Of a DNA stretch of 64,000 nucleotides, positions 1 to 8,844 are shown piece by piece. Position 1 is the first letter of the stretch, and the number at the start of each line of letters is the position of its first letter. Source of the stretch: a virus; the IMG/VR virus record IMGVR_UViG_3300044568_004391, positions 64,001-128,000 of that record; one strand, written 5' to 3'. The position numbers and the translations under genes were made by a program. Below the pieces are notes generated by a model that did no database searches, was not told the origin of the DNA, and saw only the letters and a program-made list of their open reading frames with translations.

Positions 1-1
1 A

Positions 2-355
2 ACGGAGGTGGGTGTGACCGAACCAACGGTGGTCTTTTCTACTTGTTTCGGTTCACCTTTCTTACCAAGAAAAGTGGAAGATTATGTGGATTTATTCAAG
101 GAGAAAGTCCGAAAGTCGGGGTGTAATGTATGGTTGGTGAATACAGGGTTTGATGAAAATCTCAAAAGATATCCGATTGATATAACACGAAAAGTTATTA
201 ATGGTGTGATCGACGGGAAGTATTCAGAGAAAACATTTGATTATCACGGACTCAAAATTCCCAACAGGATATTGGATCTTGATTTGATCACTCTCAAACC
301 TGATATTGAAGAAGAAAGGATTGAGAAATTATTTGAACTTTTGGATCAACATTGA
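2..355 (+). CDS. pckA: phosphoenolpyruvate carboxykinase (ATP), C-terminal part (gene begins before window)
   Basis: TEVGVTEP..FSTCFGSPFLPR and NVWLVNTG motifs; frame is open to the window edge. Confidence 0.85.
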   Translation, partial: TEVGVTEPTVVFSTCFGSPFLPRKVEDYVDLFKEKVRKSGCNVWLVNTGFDENLKRYPIDITRKVINGVIDGKYSEKTFDYHGLKIPNRILDLDLITLKPDIEEERIEKLFELLDQH

Positions 356-379
356 CCCCTCTTTATGAGGGGTTTTTTT
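355..379 (+). terminator. intrinsic terminator, ACCCCTC/GAGGGGT family
   Basis: acccctc-tttat-gagggg followed by T-tract. Confidence 0.8.
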
Positions 380-390
380 ATGTTTTGATG

Positions 391-397
391 TATTTAT
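391..397 (+). promoter_or_regulatory. TATTTAT putative phage late-promoter motif
   Basis: Motif lies 17 nt before the ATG at 415 and recurs before about 25 genes. Confidence 0.55.
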
Positions 398-414
398 ATT
401 AAAACTATTTTATT

Positions 415-777
415 ATGGGAAGAATTACAACAGACGAAAATGAAAAACAAAGGATTTTGAATCTTCATTTGGAAGCAACCAAAAGACATTATTTGAAAGA
501 AGATGATGGAAAATTACCACAATCAACGTTGTCAAATGCAACTATAGAAGAAGGTGATGAGGTTTATATTATTGATGGTAAATACACAATCGATGCTGCG
601 GATGATGGAGTGAGTGTTGCTGGTACATCTGATTTGAGAGGTAAACAATTTACCAAAAATGACATCATTAAAATACCGGTGGGTAAAAGATTGTATTTTG
701 GAAATCCAAAAAGAGTAGGTCTCGTTGCCTTGGGAGAAAAAGATGGTTCAATATATGTTCACAAACCAAAAGATTGA
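415..777 (+). CDS. hypothetical protein with N-terminal leader (..EKQRILNLH..YLKE)
   Basis: ORF; leader resembles those of 774, 28567, 31600 and 33057. Confidence 0.7.
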   Translation: MGRITTDENEKQRILNLHLEATKRHYLKEDDGKLPQSTLSNATIEEGDEVYIIDGKYTIDAADDGVSVAGTSDLRGKQFTKNDIIKIPVGKRLYFGNPKRVGLVALGEKDGSIYVHKPKD

Positions 778-779
778 AC

Positions 780-1460
780 ATGAAATTTCAAATTACGGAG
801 TCCGAGAAAAAGAGGATCAAAGATCTTTATCAAATCAATGAACAAGGTTGGATGACTCATTTTTTTGATTTACTCGACGATGGGTCAACTTCATTAGATT
901 CTGATGGGAAAGGATCATCATCCGATTCTGATGACAAAGGATCGTCATCCGATTCTGATGGGAAGAAATATTCTTCCACAAACTATGATTCCGGGAATAT
1001 AATTGAACATATAAAAAAATGGGAGGGTTTTGTTGGATTTACTTATGACGACGCCGTATATCCATCAAAACCTGTTAAAGTAGGTGAGCGTTGTAAAGGT
1101 AGGTGTACTATAGGTTATGGTATTACGGATAAAAAAAAGGCAAAACCAGGTGCGACAGTCACTAAAGAACAAGCGGAACAATGGTTGAAAGATGTTGTCA
1201 ATCAAACATGCATACCTTGTATAGAAAGATGGCAGAAAAGAAATAAAATTGAAATATCAAAACCAATATTTGACGCTTTGATCGATGTTGTTTATAACAA
1301 AGGGTGTGATGGATTTACAACTTCACGAATTGCTAAAAAACTTAAAAATAAGGATATTGAAGGAGCGGGTGAGGAACTAAAAAATTGGCAAGGTTGGGGT
1401 GGAAATCAAAAAAGAAGAGACGCGGTATATAAAAACTTCTACACAAAAGGAATTAAATGA
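780..1460 (+). CDS. phage lysozyme (GH24-like) fused to leader and Ser/Asp/Gly linker
   Basis: IKKWEGF, CTIGYG, FDALIDVVYNKG and RR motifs; ATG at 780. Confidence 0.75.
   Translation: MKFQITESEKKRIKDLYQINEQGWMTHFFDLLDDGSTSLDSDGKGSSSDSDDKGSSSDSDGKKYSSTNYDSGNIIEHIKKWEGFVGFTYDDAVYPSKPVKVGERCKGRCTIGYGITDKKKAKPGATVTKEQAEQWLKDVVNQTCIPCIERWQKRNKIEISKPIFDALIDVVYNKGCDGFTTSRIAKKLKNKDIEGAGEELKNWQGWGGNQKRRDAVYKNFYTKGIK
897..965 (+). repeat. 27-bp coding tandem repeat (DSDGKGSSS, about 2.5 copies)
   Basis: gattctgatgggaaaggatcatcatcc / gattctgatgacaaaggatcgtcatcc / gattctgatgggaag. Confidence 0.85.
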
Positions 1461-2863
1461 AAAAAGTAATTAACGAAGGTGGGATTAGAGACATAAACGC
1501 ATTATCCAAAAGATATCCGAAAGCAAAGATATATTTTCACCAAGATTTGGATGGTGTAACTTCTGCGTTGGGTATGAAGGAATATTTGGAATCAAATGGT
1601 ATAAAGGTCGTTGATGCTGAAATCATTCAATATGGTGATAAAGAGTTCTCGATCAAGAAGTTGGAAGCTGAAGGTGATATTATGCCAGTTTTAGTTGATT
1701 TTGCTCACGGAAAACCGATGTTCAAAATTCATACAGACCACCACGACAGACAAGCCGGAGCAGAGGACACCAAATCCAAATCATTCAGATCTGCAAGATC
1801 AAATATTGAAACAATATCACAAGTTCTGTCACCGAAAGATATATTTCCATCTGACGACATAAAGTTAATCTCCACCGTTGATTCTGCCAACTTCAAACCC
1901 TACGGAATTAAACCCCGTGACGTTATGAATTATATCCTTAAATTAGATAAGGAGGGAACTTTGGAGAAGAACAAGATGGCTCTTGGGTTGTTAACCAACA
2001 AACTTCTTTTGGCATATAAAAACAAACCAAACTTTATGGAGGAATTGGTTATGACTTCTTCACCTTCTTTGATGAATATCTATCAGAACATCAAAAAAAT
2101 TGCAAAGGAAAGAAGGTTTGCTTCACCCGAAGAAATGGCTCAAAACCAAGAAACATATATCAAATCTCAAAAAGAATCACCCAATGTCGTTTTTGAAGAT
2201 GGAATCATAAAACAATATGGTGGTGGTTCATTATTCAAACCAGGTTCTTATGACAGATATACACCATTCGAAAACTATCCCGACGCAAATTTCTTAATTA
2301 TTGCTTGGCCTTTGGGATTGGTTCAGGCAAGTTGTAATCCATTTAAAGAAGACAGAGCTCTCAAAGGTATTGACTTGGGTGAAATTAAAGATGAGATCCT
2401 CGAAGAAAACAAGGGTTGGATGAAAAAGGAAATGGTTCCTCTCTCAACTCTAAAATGGATCTCTGAAACATCTGTTGGTCCTGAAAGTGTTGGTTTTACA
2501 TCTTCCGACTTGAAAGCGTTTTATATGGACAAAGTTCAAGCGGGGAACGAAGAATATCTTTCAAGATTGGATCAAATTATGGATAAAAAGTTCTCTGAAC
2601 TAAATGAAGATGAACTTACAATATTAGATAGTTTTGCAATTCCATTTTATGACTTGGTGGTGGAAAACTCTGGAGGTCACAAATGTATAACTAATCTCTC
2701 AGGTCTTAATTATTTGAGAAGATCCAAGAGACCACCACAAGGTGATTATAAAAGAGAACCAGGAACGGAAGCCAAGTTCGTTCAAGGGGTGAAATTCTTC
2801 CAAGATCAGTTCTTTGAAAAACTGAAGGGTAGAATTCAAGGGGTTGAGACGGAATCGGAATAA
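1457..2863 (+). CDS. DHH-family phosphoesterase
   Basis: HQDLDG, VDF, HTDHH and C-terminal SGGH motifs; short leader MKKVINE. Confidence 0.7.
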   Translation: MKKVINEGGIRDINALSKRYPKAKIYFHQDLDGVTSALGMKEYLESNGIKVVDAEIIQYGDKEFSIKKLEAEGDIMPVLVDFAHGKPMFKIHTDHHDRQAGAEDTKSKSFRSARSNIETISQVLSPKDIFPSDDIKLISTVDSANFKPYGIKPRDVMNYILKLDKEGTLEKNKMALGLLTNKLLLAYKNKPNFMEELVMTSSPSLMNIYQNIKKIAKERRFASPEEMAQNQETYIKSQKESPNVVFEDGIIKQYGGGSLFKPGSYDRYTPFENYPDANFLIIAWPLGLVQASCNPFKEDRALKGIDLGEIKDEILEENKGWMKKEMVPLSTLKWISETSVGPESVGFTSSDLKAFYMDKVQAGNEEYLSRLDQIMDKKFSELNEDELTILDSFAIPFYDLVVENSGGHKCITNLSGLNYLRRSKRPPQGDYKREPGTEAKFVQGVKFFQDQFFEKLKGRIQGVETESE

Positions 2864-3204
2864 ATGACAAAGGGATCGCCTTCTTTGATATTGTGATCCT
2901 GACAATAACCACCGGGTAATTCCAAGACGATATTTCCAACTCCTGTGTATGACTCACATTGATCAGAATTACAGGGGGGACAATCGTGATGTATTTTATT
3001 TACAACATTATTTTTGATGAAAATTATATCCAATGGAATGATACAATTTTTCATCCAAAAACTATGAGATTTTCCATTCATCAAGAACACCATTGAATCA
3101 AAACCTTCAAATGTTTTATCCATCATGCCGTTCTCAATTTGATATGGTGTTGCACAAATCTTTGACTTTAGTATATTATTTTTTATTTTGGTTTTTACAA
3201 TCAT
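2836..3204 (-). CDS. DUF192 family protein
   Basis: SFWMKNCIIPLDIIFI and VLELPGG motifs. Confidence 0.8.
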   Translation of the reverse strand: MIVKTKIKNNILKSKICATPYQIENGMMDKTFEGFDSMVFLMNGKSHSFWMKNCIIPLDIIFIKNNVVNKIHHDCPPCNSDQCESYTGVGNIVLELPGGYCQDHNIKEGDPFVIYSDSVSTP

Positions 3205-3210
3205 AACTTT

Positions 3211-3756
3211 TTAATTACGTCTAAAAATAAACCTACCAACATTTATCATACTTCTAATTTCTTCATTTGTATATTTTTCTGATAGGTATTTGTTCAAATG
3301 CAAACTACCATCAACAGATTTGAGATTTTCAAGGGTTTTAATTTTTGTTTCTCTCACATCCAAACTACTACCAACAGATTGAAGTTTTGGAAGGGATTTG
3401 ATTTGTGTTCCTCTCAAACTTAAATAACCAACAACCGATTGAAGATTATCAAGGGATTCGATTGGCGTTCCTTTCAATTCTAAATAACCACCAACCGATT
3501 GAAGATTTCCAAGAAATTTAATTTTTGTCCTTTCCAAATCTAAAAAACCCGTAATCGAAACAAGTCCTTCAAGCCAAGTTAAATCACCATCATAGCCACC
3601 CAAATTTAATTTATCATCCAACGACCATCTTTTGATGTTCTTTTTTTGGATGAAGTTTTTTAGACCTTCAATTCCATCAGGGAAAAAAGAAAGACTTGGT
3701 ATTGCCAATACCTCTTCGGTTTCCTCTTTTAATATTTGTTTAATAAGTGATCTCAT
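3211..3756 (-). CDS. LRR-like protein, 5 x 20-aa repeats, with leader
   Basis: LxNLQSVGGYLxLxxTxIxS repeats; paralog of 16287-18264; ATG at 3756 with TATTTAT at 3762-3768. Confidence 0.8.
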   Translation of the reverse strand: MRSLIKQILKEETEEVLAIPSLSFFPDGIEGLKNFIQKKNIKRWSLDDKLNLGGYDGDLTWLEGLVSITGFLDLERTKIKFLGNLQSVGGYLELKGTPIESLDNLQSVVGYLSLRGTQIKSLPKLQSVGSSLDVRETKIKTLENLKSVDGSLHLNKYLSEKYTNEEIRSMINVGRFIFRRN

Positions 3757-3825
3757 TTCCAATAAATACCCAACTCTTGATTAATTGAATTTATATTGTT
3801 AGGTTTAAGGACAGAACTTTTAATT

Positions 3826-4227
3826 ATGAGAAGATCGTCAGGAATTTTACATAAATATAAGGATAAAGTTCTCCTTTGTAAAAGGAGTGAAGAATCAGAA
3901 ACACTTGGTAAGTTTTGGTCAATACCTGGTGGTGGTTGGAAGAAAAACGAATCTTCACAAGCTGCGGCTTTGAGAGAATTCTATGAAGAAACGAATATAA
4001 ATATATCGGACCCACTCATTTATGTTGGAACATCGGTTCACAAAAATGAGGATGGATCGGGAAGTAAGTTGGATGTTTTTATGGTTGAAGCCTCAGAAAT
4101 GATTTCACCTGAGTTAGAAAATGCAAAAGATGGATTTGAGCATTCTGAATGTGGTTATTTTGAAATTGATAAATTACCCTCTCCTATGCCAAGAGATCTT
4201 ATTAACATTATAAAAAAAATTAATTAA
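3826..4227 (+). CDS. NUDIX hydrolase
   Basis: PGG..E...AALREFYEETNI Nudix box; ATG at 3826. Confidence 0.85.
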   Translation: MRRSSGILHKYKDKVLLCKRSEESETLGKFWSIPGGGWKKNESSQAAALREFYEETNINISDPLIYVGTSVHKNEDGSGSKLDVFMVEASEMISPELENAKDGFEHSECGYFEIDKLPSPMPRDLINIIKKIN

Positions 4228-4237
4228 TCTAAAAAAA

Positions 4238-4669
4238 ATGGCAGTTAAAAAAGGAGACAAAATCCAAGTTCATTATAAGGGAACTTTGGTTGAAACAGGA
4301 ATGGAGTTTGACAACTCATACGAAAGGGGTGAGACCTTGAATTTTGAGGTTGGTCTTGGACAGATGATCAAAGGTTTTGAAGATGCGGTTTATGATATGG
4401 AAATCGGACAAATCAAAGAGATTCAAATTCCAGCTTCAGAAGCATATGGTGATCATATGGAAGCGGCAATTCAAAATGTTCCACGATCCAACTTCCCACC
4501 CGACTTTGAGGTAAATATCGGATCTATGGTTCAGGGTCAGAATCAGATGGGTCATCCCATCCAAGCTCTTGTTGTTGAAGAAAACGAAGAAGGGATTGTG
4601 TTGGATTTCAATCATCCTTTGGCGGGAAAAGATTTGAATTTCTCTATTGAACTTGTTGGAATTGAATGA
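4238..4669 (+). CDS. FKBP-type peptidyl-prolyl isomerase (SlyD/FkpB-like, no His-rich tail)
   Basis: VHYKGTL, FDNS, GQMIKGFE, EAYG and LDFNHPLAGKDLNF motifs. Confidence 0.9.
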   Translation: MAVKKGDKIQVHYKGTLVETGMEFDNSYERGETLNFEVGLGQMIKGFEDAVYDMEIGQIKEIQIPASEAYGDHMEAAIQNVPRSNFPPDFEVNIGSMVQGQNQMGHPIQALVVEENEEGIVLDFNHPLAGKDLNFSIELVGIE

Positions 4670-4696
4670 AAATAATAAACTATTAAAATCAAAACT

Positions 4697-4900
4697 ATGG
4701 AAATTAAAAGAAGATTGGTTGAAGCCTTGAGAAGCAAATATCGGGCGGATATGGAACTCGCATCTGCCGCACTTCAGGTATATCTTGAACGACCGGCAGG
4801 AATTGGTGAGCACCCACAAATTTTGGATGAGATGGATAAACTTGTTGAATCTTATGCCAACGCAAAGGATAAACTCGATTCGTTGTTATTCATTAATTGA
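4697..4900 (+). CDS. small helical hypothetical phage protein
   Basis: ORF with a PAGIGEHP motif of a type seen in large phages. Confidence 0.6.
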   Translation: MEIKRRLVEALRSKYRADMELASAALQVYLERPAGIGEHPQILDEMDKLVESYANAKDKLDSLLFIN

Positions 4901-4906
4901 TTTCCC

Positions 4907-5215
4907 ATGAAGACGATAAGTAAAGAAACTCTCAATAAAGTATGGATCATCACCAAGAGAATCATCAACTATATCTTTCTTTTGATCGTTCTCGGAACAG
5001 GATTTTACATCGGAAAAACCTATGTGGAATATATCCCTGAAGAGAAAAACAACCAACCCGTCACTTTGGATAATGTATCCATCGCCGTTGACGAGAAGAA
5101 CCATATATTTATAATAGATAAACATACAGGAGAATACCAAGTATTTTCCGACTCCGTTGGTATCACAATCTTCAAGATGTATGCCGGTAAAATCTATAAC
5201 TCACAACCGAAGTAA
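4907..5215 (+). CDS. single-pass membrane hypothetical protein
   Basis: N-terminal hydrophobic segment; coupled to the SLT gene. Confidence 0.6.
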   Translation: MKTISKETLNKVWIITKRIINYIFLLIVLGTGFYIGKTYVEYIPEEKNNQPVTLDNVSIAVDEKNHIFIIDKHTGEYQVFSDSVGITIFKMYAGKIYNSQPK

Positions 5216-5736
5216 TGTATAAAGTAAAATTCGTCACCGTCACCATCATATTTTTTATCGCTTATGTGATATACCAAAATCAATCACAACAAGAAGATAT
5301 AACCCCAACCTATGTGGAGACGGGAACGGTTTTACCTACCAATGAACCCCCCTGTATTCAGATGTATTATTATATAGAACAATATTCCAAACAATACAAT
5401 ATACCAAGAAAATATGCATATGGAATTGCTTACAAAGAAACTGGATACAGGGGACCCTTTCATTGGAAATACAATCACAAACAAGTGAGTTTCGCAGGTG
5501 CGATGGGTCCGATGCAGATCATGCCCTCCACTGCAAAAAGTGTAAACGGATATTATGTATCCAACGAAAAACTTACCTCCGATATTAAATTCAATGTCGA
5601 AACTTCGATGAAGTTGTTACAAAAGTTGAAAAACAAATATGGGAGTTGGGAAGTTGCATTTGGTGTTTATAACACCGGCCGTCCGATGGTAAATCAGTAT
5701 GCTATGGACGTTTATCGGTTTGAACCGAATTGGTAA
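5215..5736 (+). CDS. lytic transglycosylase (SLT domain), membrane-anchored
   Basis: IAYKETG, GAMGPMQIMPSTA and VYNTG motifs; N-terminal TM segment. Confidence 0.85.
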   Translation: MYKVKFVTVTIIFFIAYVIYQNQSQQEDITPTYVETGTVLPTNEPPCIQMYYYIEQYSKQYNIPRKYAYGIAYKETGYRGPFHWKYNHKQVSFAGAMGPMQIMPSTAKSVNGYYVSNEKLTSDIKFNVETSMKLLQKLKNKYGSWEVAFGVYNTGRPMVNQYAMDVYRFEPNW

Positions 5737-5769
5737 TTTAATCAGAAACAATAATTTTTTTAAAAACAT

Positions 5770-6813
5770 ATGAAAGTAAAATTGGAATACATTTGGTTGG
5801 ATGGTTATGAACCAGAACCAAACCTAAGAAGTAAAGTCAAAGTTGTTGATGCAAAGAGACAGCAAGGAGTTGATCGAGATGTTTTTGGTATTGAACTTAA
5901 AGATTGTCCTGAATGGTCTTTTGATGGATCTTCCACCAATCAAGCGGAAGGTCACTTCTCTGATTGTGTCCTTAAACCTGTTTCCCTTTATCCTAATCCA
6001 CTAAACAAAGGAGTTATACCATCCTACTTTGTGATGTGTGAAGTTTATCTTCCTGATGGAACCCCTCATCCTTCAAATACGAGATCATCTATTGAAACAG
6101 AGGATGAAGATCTTTGGTTCGGTTTTGAACAAGAATATACTCTTGTAAAGGACGGAAGACCTTTGGGTTTCCCAAACAATGGTTATCCCGCTCCACAAGG
6201 AAAATACTACTGTGGTGTAGGTAATGGACAGGTCAACGGAAGAACTTTTGTTGATGAGCATTTGGAGATGTGTGTATACGCAGGGATTGATATTACAGGA
6301 ACCAACGCTGAGGTGATGCTCGGACAATGGGAATATCAGGTCTTCAGTAAGGGGAAGAAAAAAGCAGGTGATGATCTTTGGATCACACGATATATTTTGG
6401 AACAGATGTCCGAGAACTACGGATTTAAAATTGAATTCCACCCCAAACCTGTTCAAGGTGATTGGAATGGATCGGGACTTCACTGTAACTTCTCAAACAA
6501 GAGGATGAGAGAAAATGGTAGTAAGGAATATTTTGAGGGAATCTTCAAACAATTTGAGGATAGACACTGGTTACATATTGAAAACTATGGATCAGACAAC
6601 AACCTTCGTTTGACAGGAAAACACGAAACACAACATATCTCCAAATTCAGTTGGGGTGTATCAAATCGTGGAGCGTCAATCAGAGTTCCATTGAATACTA
6701 CACATAATAATTGGGCGAGTGGGTATTTGGAAGATCGTAGACCTGCTTCTCACGCTGATCCATATAAGATTGTGAAAGTAATTTCAGATTCTTTGGATTT
6801 AGTTGAAGTTTGA
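5770..6813 (+). CDS. glnII: glutamine synthetase type II
   Basis: LEYIWLDG, WSFDGSST, FGFEQEY, NAEVMLGQWEYQ, DWNGSGLH, RLTGKHET and YLEDRRP motifs. Confidence 0.95.
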   Translation: MKVKLEYIWLDGYEPEPNLRSKVKVVDAKRQQGVDRDVFGIELKDCPEWSFDGSSTNQAEGHFSDCVLKPVSLYPNPLNKGVIPSYFVMCEVYLPDGTPHPSNTRSSIETEDEDLWFGFEQEYTLVKDGRPLGFPNNGYPAPQGKYYCGVGNGQVNGRTFVDEHLEMCVYAGIDITGTNAEVMLGQWEYQVFSKGKKKAGDDLWITRYILEQMSENYGFKIEFHPKPVQGDWNGSGLHCNFSNKRMRENGSKEYFEGIFKQFEDRHWLHIENYGSDNNLRLTGKHETQHISKFSWGVSNRGASIRVPLNTTHNNWASGYLEDRRPASHADPYKIVKVISDSLDLVEV

Positions 6814-6815
6814 GC

Positions 6816-6846
6816 TTGACAAACCGAAAAAAAGTTCATACATTTG
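6816..6846 (+). promoter_or_regulatory. host sigma70-type promoter (TTGACA..TACATTTG)
   Basis: Bacteroidota -7 element TAnnTTTG with upstream TTG. Confidence 0.65.
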
Positions 6847-6926
6847 TAATCCAAACCGAACGAGGTTAGGGTTTTTTCACGAAAACGATATATTTATATA
6901 TCACAGAAAAAAATAGGGGATTTCAC

Positions 6927-6957
6927 TTGACAAAACGAAAATTAAGTTGTAGTTTTG
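6927..6957 (+). promoter_or_regulatory. host sigma70-type promoter (TTGACA..TAGTTTTG) directly upstream of the ncRNA
   Basis: TAnnTTTG at 6950-6957 and TTGACA at 6927. Confidence 0.7.
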
Positions 6958-6961
6958 TCCT

Positions 6962-7750
6962 CTGAAATTAGAGTTCTTTGATTAAAACCTTTTATTGATG
7001 GTTTAAACGGTTGGCGGCTTAGCGTCGTTAGATAACCCCGGCGACGGGAATAAAGGGTCGGAATTCAGATCTAGCAATCTGATTATATGACCGCAGAACA
7101 TTAGGTGTTCTGACAACTAAGCAAATTACCTACGATAGAAACCCTAAGGGCAACTGCTAAGGGGGTTCTATTATCCTGAGTCCGTGGAATATCAGGGTTG
7201 AGGTGGTGACACCAATAGGAAAAGGTAAAGATGACGGTTCGAAACAACCTGCCAGTTGTTTGAGGGCTGAGCATCAGTCTGAGGGGCATCCGATGGAAAA
7301 TTAATCCGACGTTGTCCTGAAAGGCCGTGAGTGGGCAGACTCACAGAGAGTAGTGTGGTATTCCGTGTTCAAAAGATATGGAGTCACACCGACAGCGCTA
7401 CTTTCCATTTCCACATTTGCTAATTTAATACTTAAATTAAGCAAAAGTCTGTCGGCGTTGTAAACGAAAGGTGTCTAAAACTTCAGACCGTGAGGTCAAT
7501 GAAGTCTCAGATAAGACCGCAAGTCTTTCTGAGTTGATTGTGAAAGTTCTAGTAGGTCGGCCAACCTTTAGTGAGTGAAAACTCAATAGAAACGAGTATT
7601 AGTCGAGTGGTTTACAACGATACGAGTGGTTACCGATAGTAACCGACACTGATCTGATATCACGGGCAATCGTGATGGACAAGTTGGCAACCTGTCGTGG
7701 GGTACACCAACGAAAGACAGATCACTCAAGCGTGTAGTCTCAGCGCAAAC
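6962..7750 (+). ncRNA. large structured ncRNA, GOLLD-like
   Basis: About 790 nt, raised GC, no credible ORF, many GNRA-capped hairpins and long-range helices (7389-95/7449-55, 7456-65/7610-19, 7650-56/7718-24); bounded by promoter and terminator; family assignment from recalled resemblance only. Confidence 0.7.
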
Positions 7751-7765
7751 TTAAAGAATCCCCTT

Positions 7766-7796
7766 ACCTTAACCGTAGTTGGTTAAGGTTTTTTTT
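7766..7796 (+). terminator. intrinsic terminator of the ncRNA
   Basis: accttaacc-gtagtt-ggttaaggt followed by T-tract. Confidence 0.85.
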
Positions 7797-7857
7797 GCCC
7801 TATTGACTCAAAACAAAAAAAGTTGTATATTTATTTATAGTTAATACATTTTATGAA

Positions 7858-8019
7858 ATGAATAATTTAACTGACGAAGATGAAGACCTCTCCTACATTT
7901 GGGGTGGTGGTAAGAAAATTAAAAAACCCAAGAAAAATCAAAAACCGACTGATGGATTTTGGGAAGATGAGTATTACGAATCGGATCAGAAGAAAGGAAG
8001 AGGTAAAAAAAAGTTTTGA
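7858..8019 (+). CDS. small charged protein (53 aa, not in ORF track)
   Basis: MNNLTDEDEDLSYIWGGGKKIKK..KKGRGKKKF; TATTTAT at 7828. Confidence 0.55.
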   Translation: MNNLTDEDEDLSYIWGGGKKIKKPKKNQKPTDGFWEDEYYESDQKKGRGKKKF

Positions 8020-8045
8020 AGTTTGAGTAAAATAGCTTATCTTTG
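8015..8045 (+). promoter_or_regulatory. Bacteroidota-type promoter TTTG-N19-TATCTTTG
   Basis: Matches the -33/-7 consensus upstream of 8063. Confidence 0.7.
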
Positions 8046-8062
8046 TATCAAACGAAGATAAG

Positions 8063-8329
8063 ATGACTCAAAAACAAATCTCCATCCTCCATCCTAAACA
8101 CGGATCAATCTTGAGTGAGTCGTTTGTTGACGATGTTCAATTCAAACTTTTCCTCAAGTCCGTCAACGGATGTTTGTCCTTGAAACGAGATCTGACGTTC
8201 TACGATGGTAACCACTTCCTCATACACATCCCGTATGTTGTATTGAAGTCTTCAATCGTTACAACAAAAGTTGAGACAATCACACCTGGAAAGGTTTTGA
8301 TTGAATCGGCTTTGGAAAAGAGCCACTGA
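8063..8329 (+). CDS. hypothetical protein
   Basis: ORF behind a host-type promoter and followed by a terminator. Confidence 0.65.
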   Translation: MTQKQISILHPKHGSILSESFVDDVQFKLFLKSVNGCLSLKRDLTFYDGNHFLIHIPYVVLKSSIVTTKVETITPGKVLIESALEKSH

Positions 8330-8364
8330 GCGTAGGACCAAGGTGGAGTGCCTTAATCGGCCCT

Positions 8365-8390
8365 AAAGTCCAGAGAAATCTGGACTTTTT
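8365..8390 (+). terminator. intrinsic terminator
   Basis: aaagtccaga-gaaa-tctggacttt plus T-tract. Confidence 0.85.
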
Positions 8391-8426
8391 CTTTTTATGA
8401 TATATTTATAGTCAAATGATTTAAAA

Positions 8427-8738
8427 ATGGCAAAATTCGTTATTACCCAAAAACAACTTGACTATATAGTTGAAAATGTTAAAAAAGATAAGTTGAATGA
8501 AGATTCAGATGGTAGTTATATGGCGAAACAACAATTGTTTGTAATTGCTACTATGGCTTATAAGATGTGGGAGATGTTGGACGACAACGCACAACTTGAG
8601 GATTGGATGGAAAGTAAAATCGCTCAGTGTGAACAAAGTGTAAGTTCTGTAGTTAAGGCTTATTTGTATGACGAATTTGATGCCGAATTAAAGGGAATGG
8701 ACACCTTGAGTTATGATGATTTGGTGATAGGACAATAA
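8427..8738 (+). CDS. hypothetical protein with leader (MAKFVITQKQL..KLNE)
   Basis: TATTTAT at 8403; LEDWMESKI motif. Confidence 0.7.
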   Translation: MAKFVITQKQLDYIVENVKKDKLNEDSDGSYMAKQQLFVIATMAYKMWEMLDDNAQLEDWMESKIAQCEQSVSSVVKAYLYDEFDAELKGMDTLSYDDLVIGQ

Positions 8739-8754
8739 TCAAAAGATTTAGAAA

Positions 8755-8785
8755 GAAATCGACCTCAAACGGTCGATTTTTTTTT
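8755..8785 (+). terminator. intrinsic terminator
   Basis: aaatcgacc-tcaaac-ggtcgattt plus T-tract. Confidence 0.8.
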
Positions 8786-8844
8786 GTTTAAACATTTGAT
8801 AAGATCCTAATATTTGAGTATAATTAGAAGTAATTTATAAATTA

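Noticed and set aside
7101-7289. 62-aa minus-strand ORF inside the structured region
   Set aside because: Atypical composition, no promoter, and antisense to a promoter/terminator-bounded structured RNA.
6962-7750. RNase P RNA, tmRNA, rRNA fragment or group I/II intron
   Set aside because: No GAGGAAAGUCC, no tRNA-like ends or tag ORF, no rRNA signature, and it interrupts no gene.
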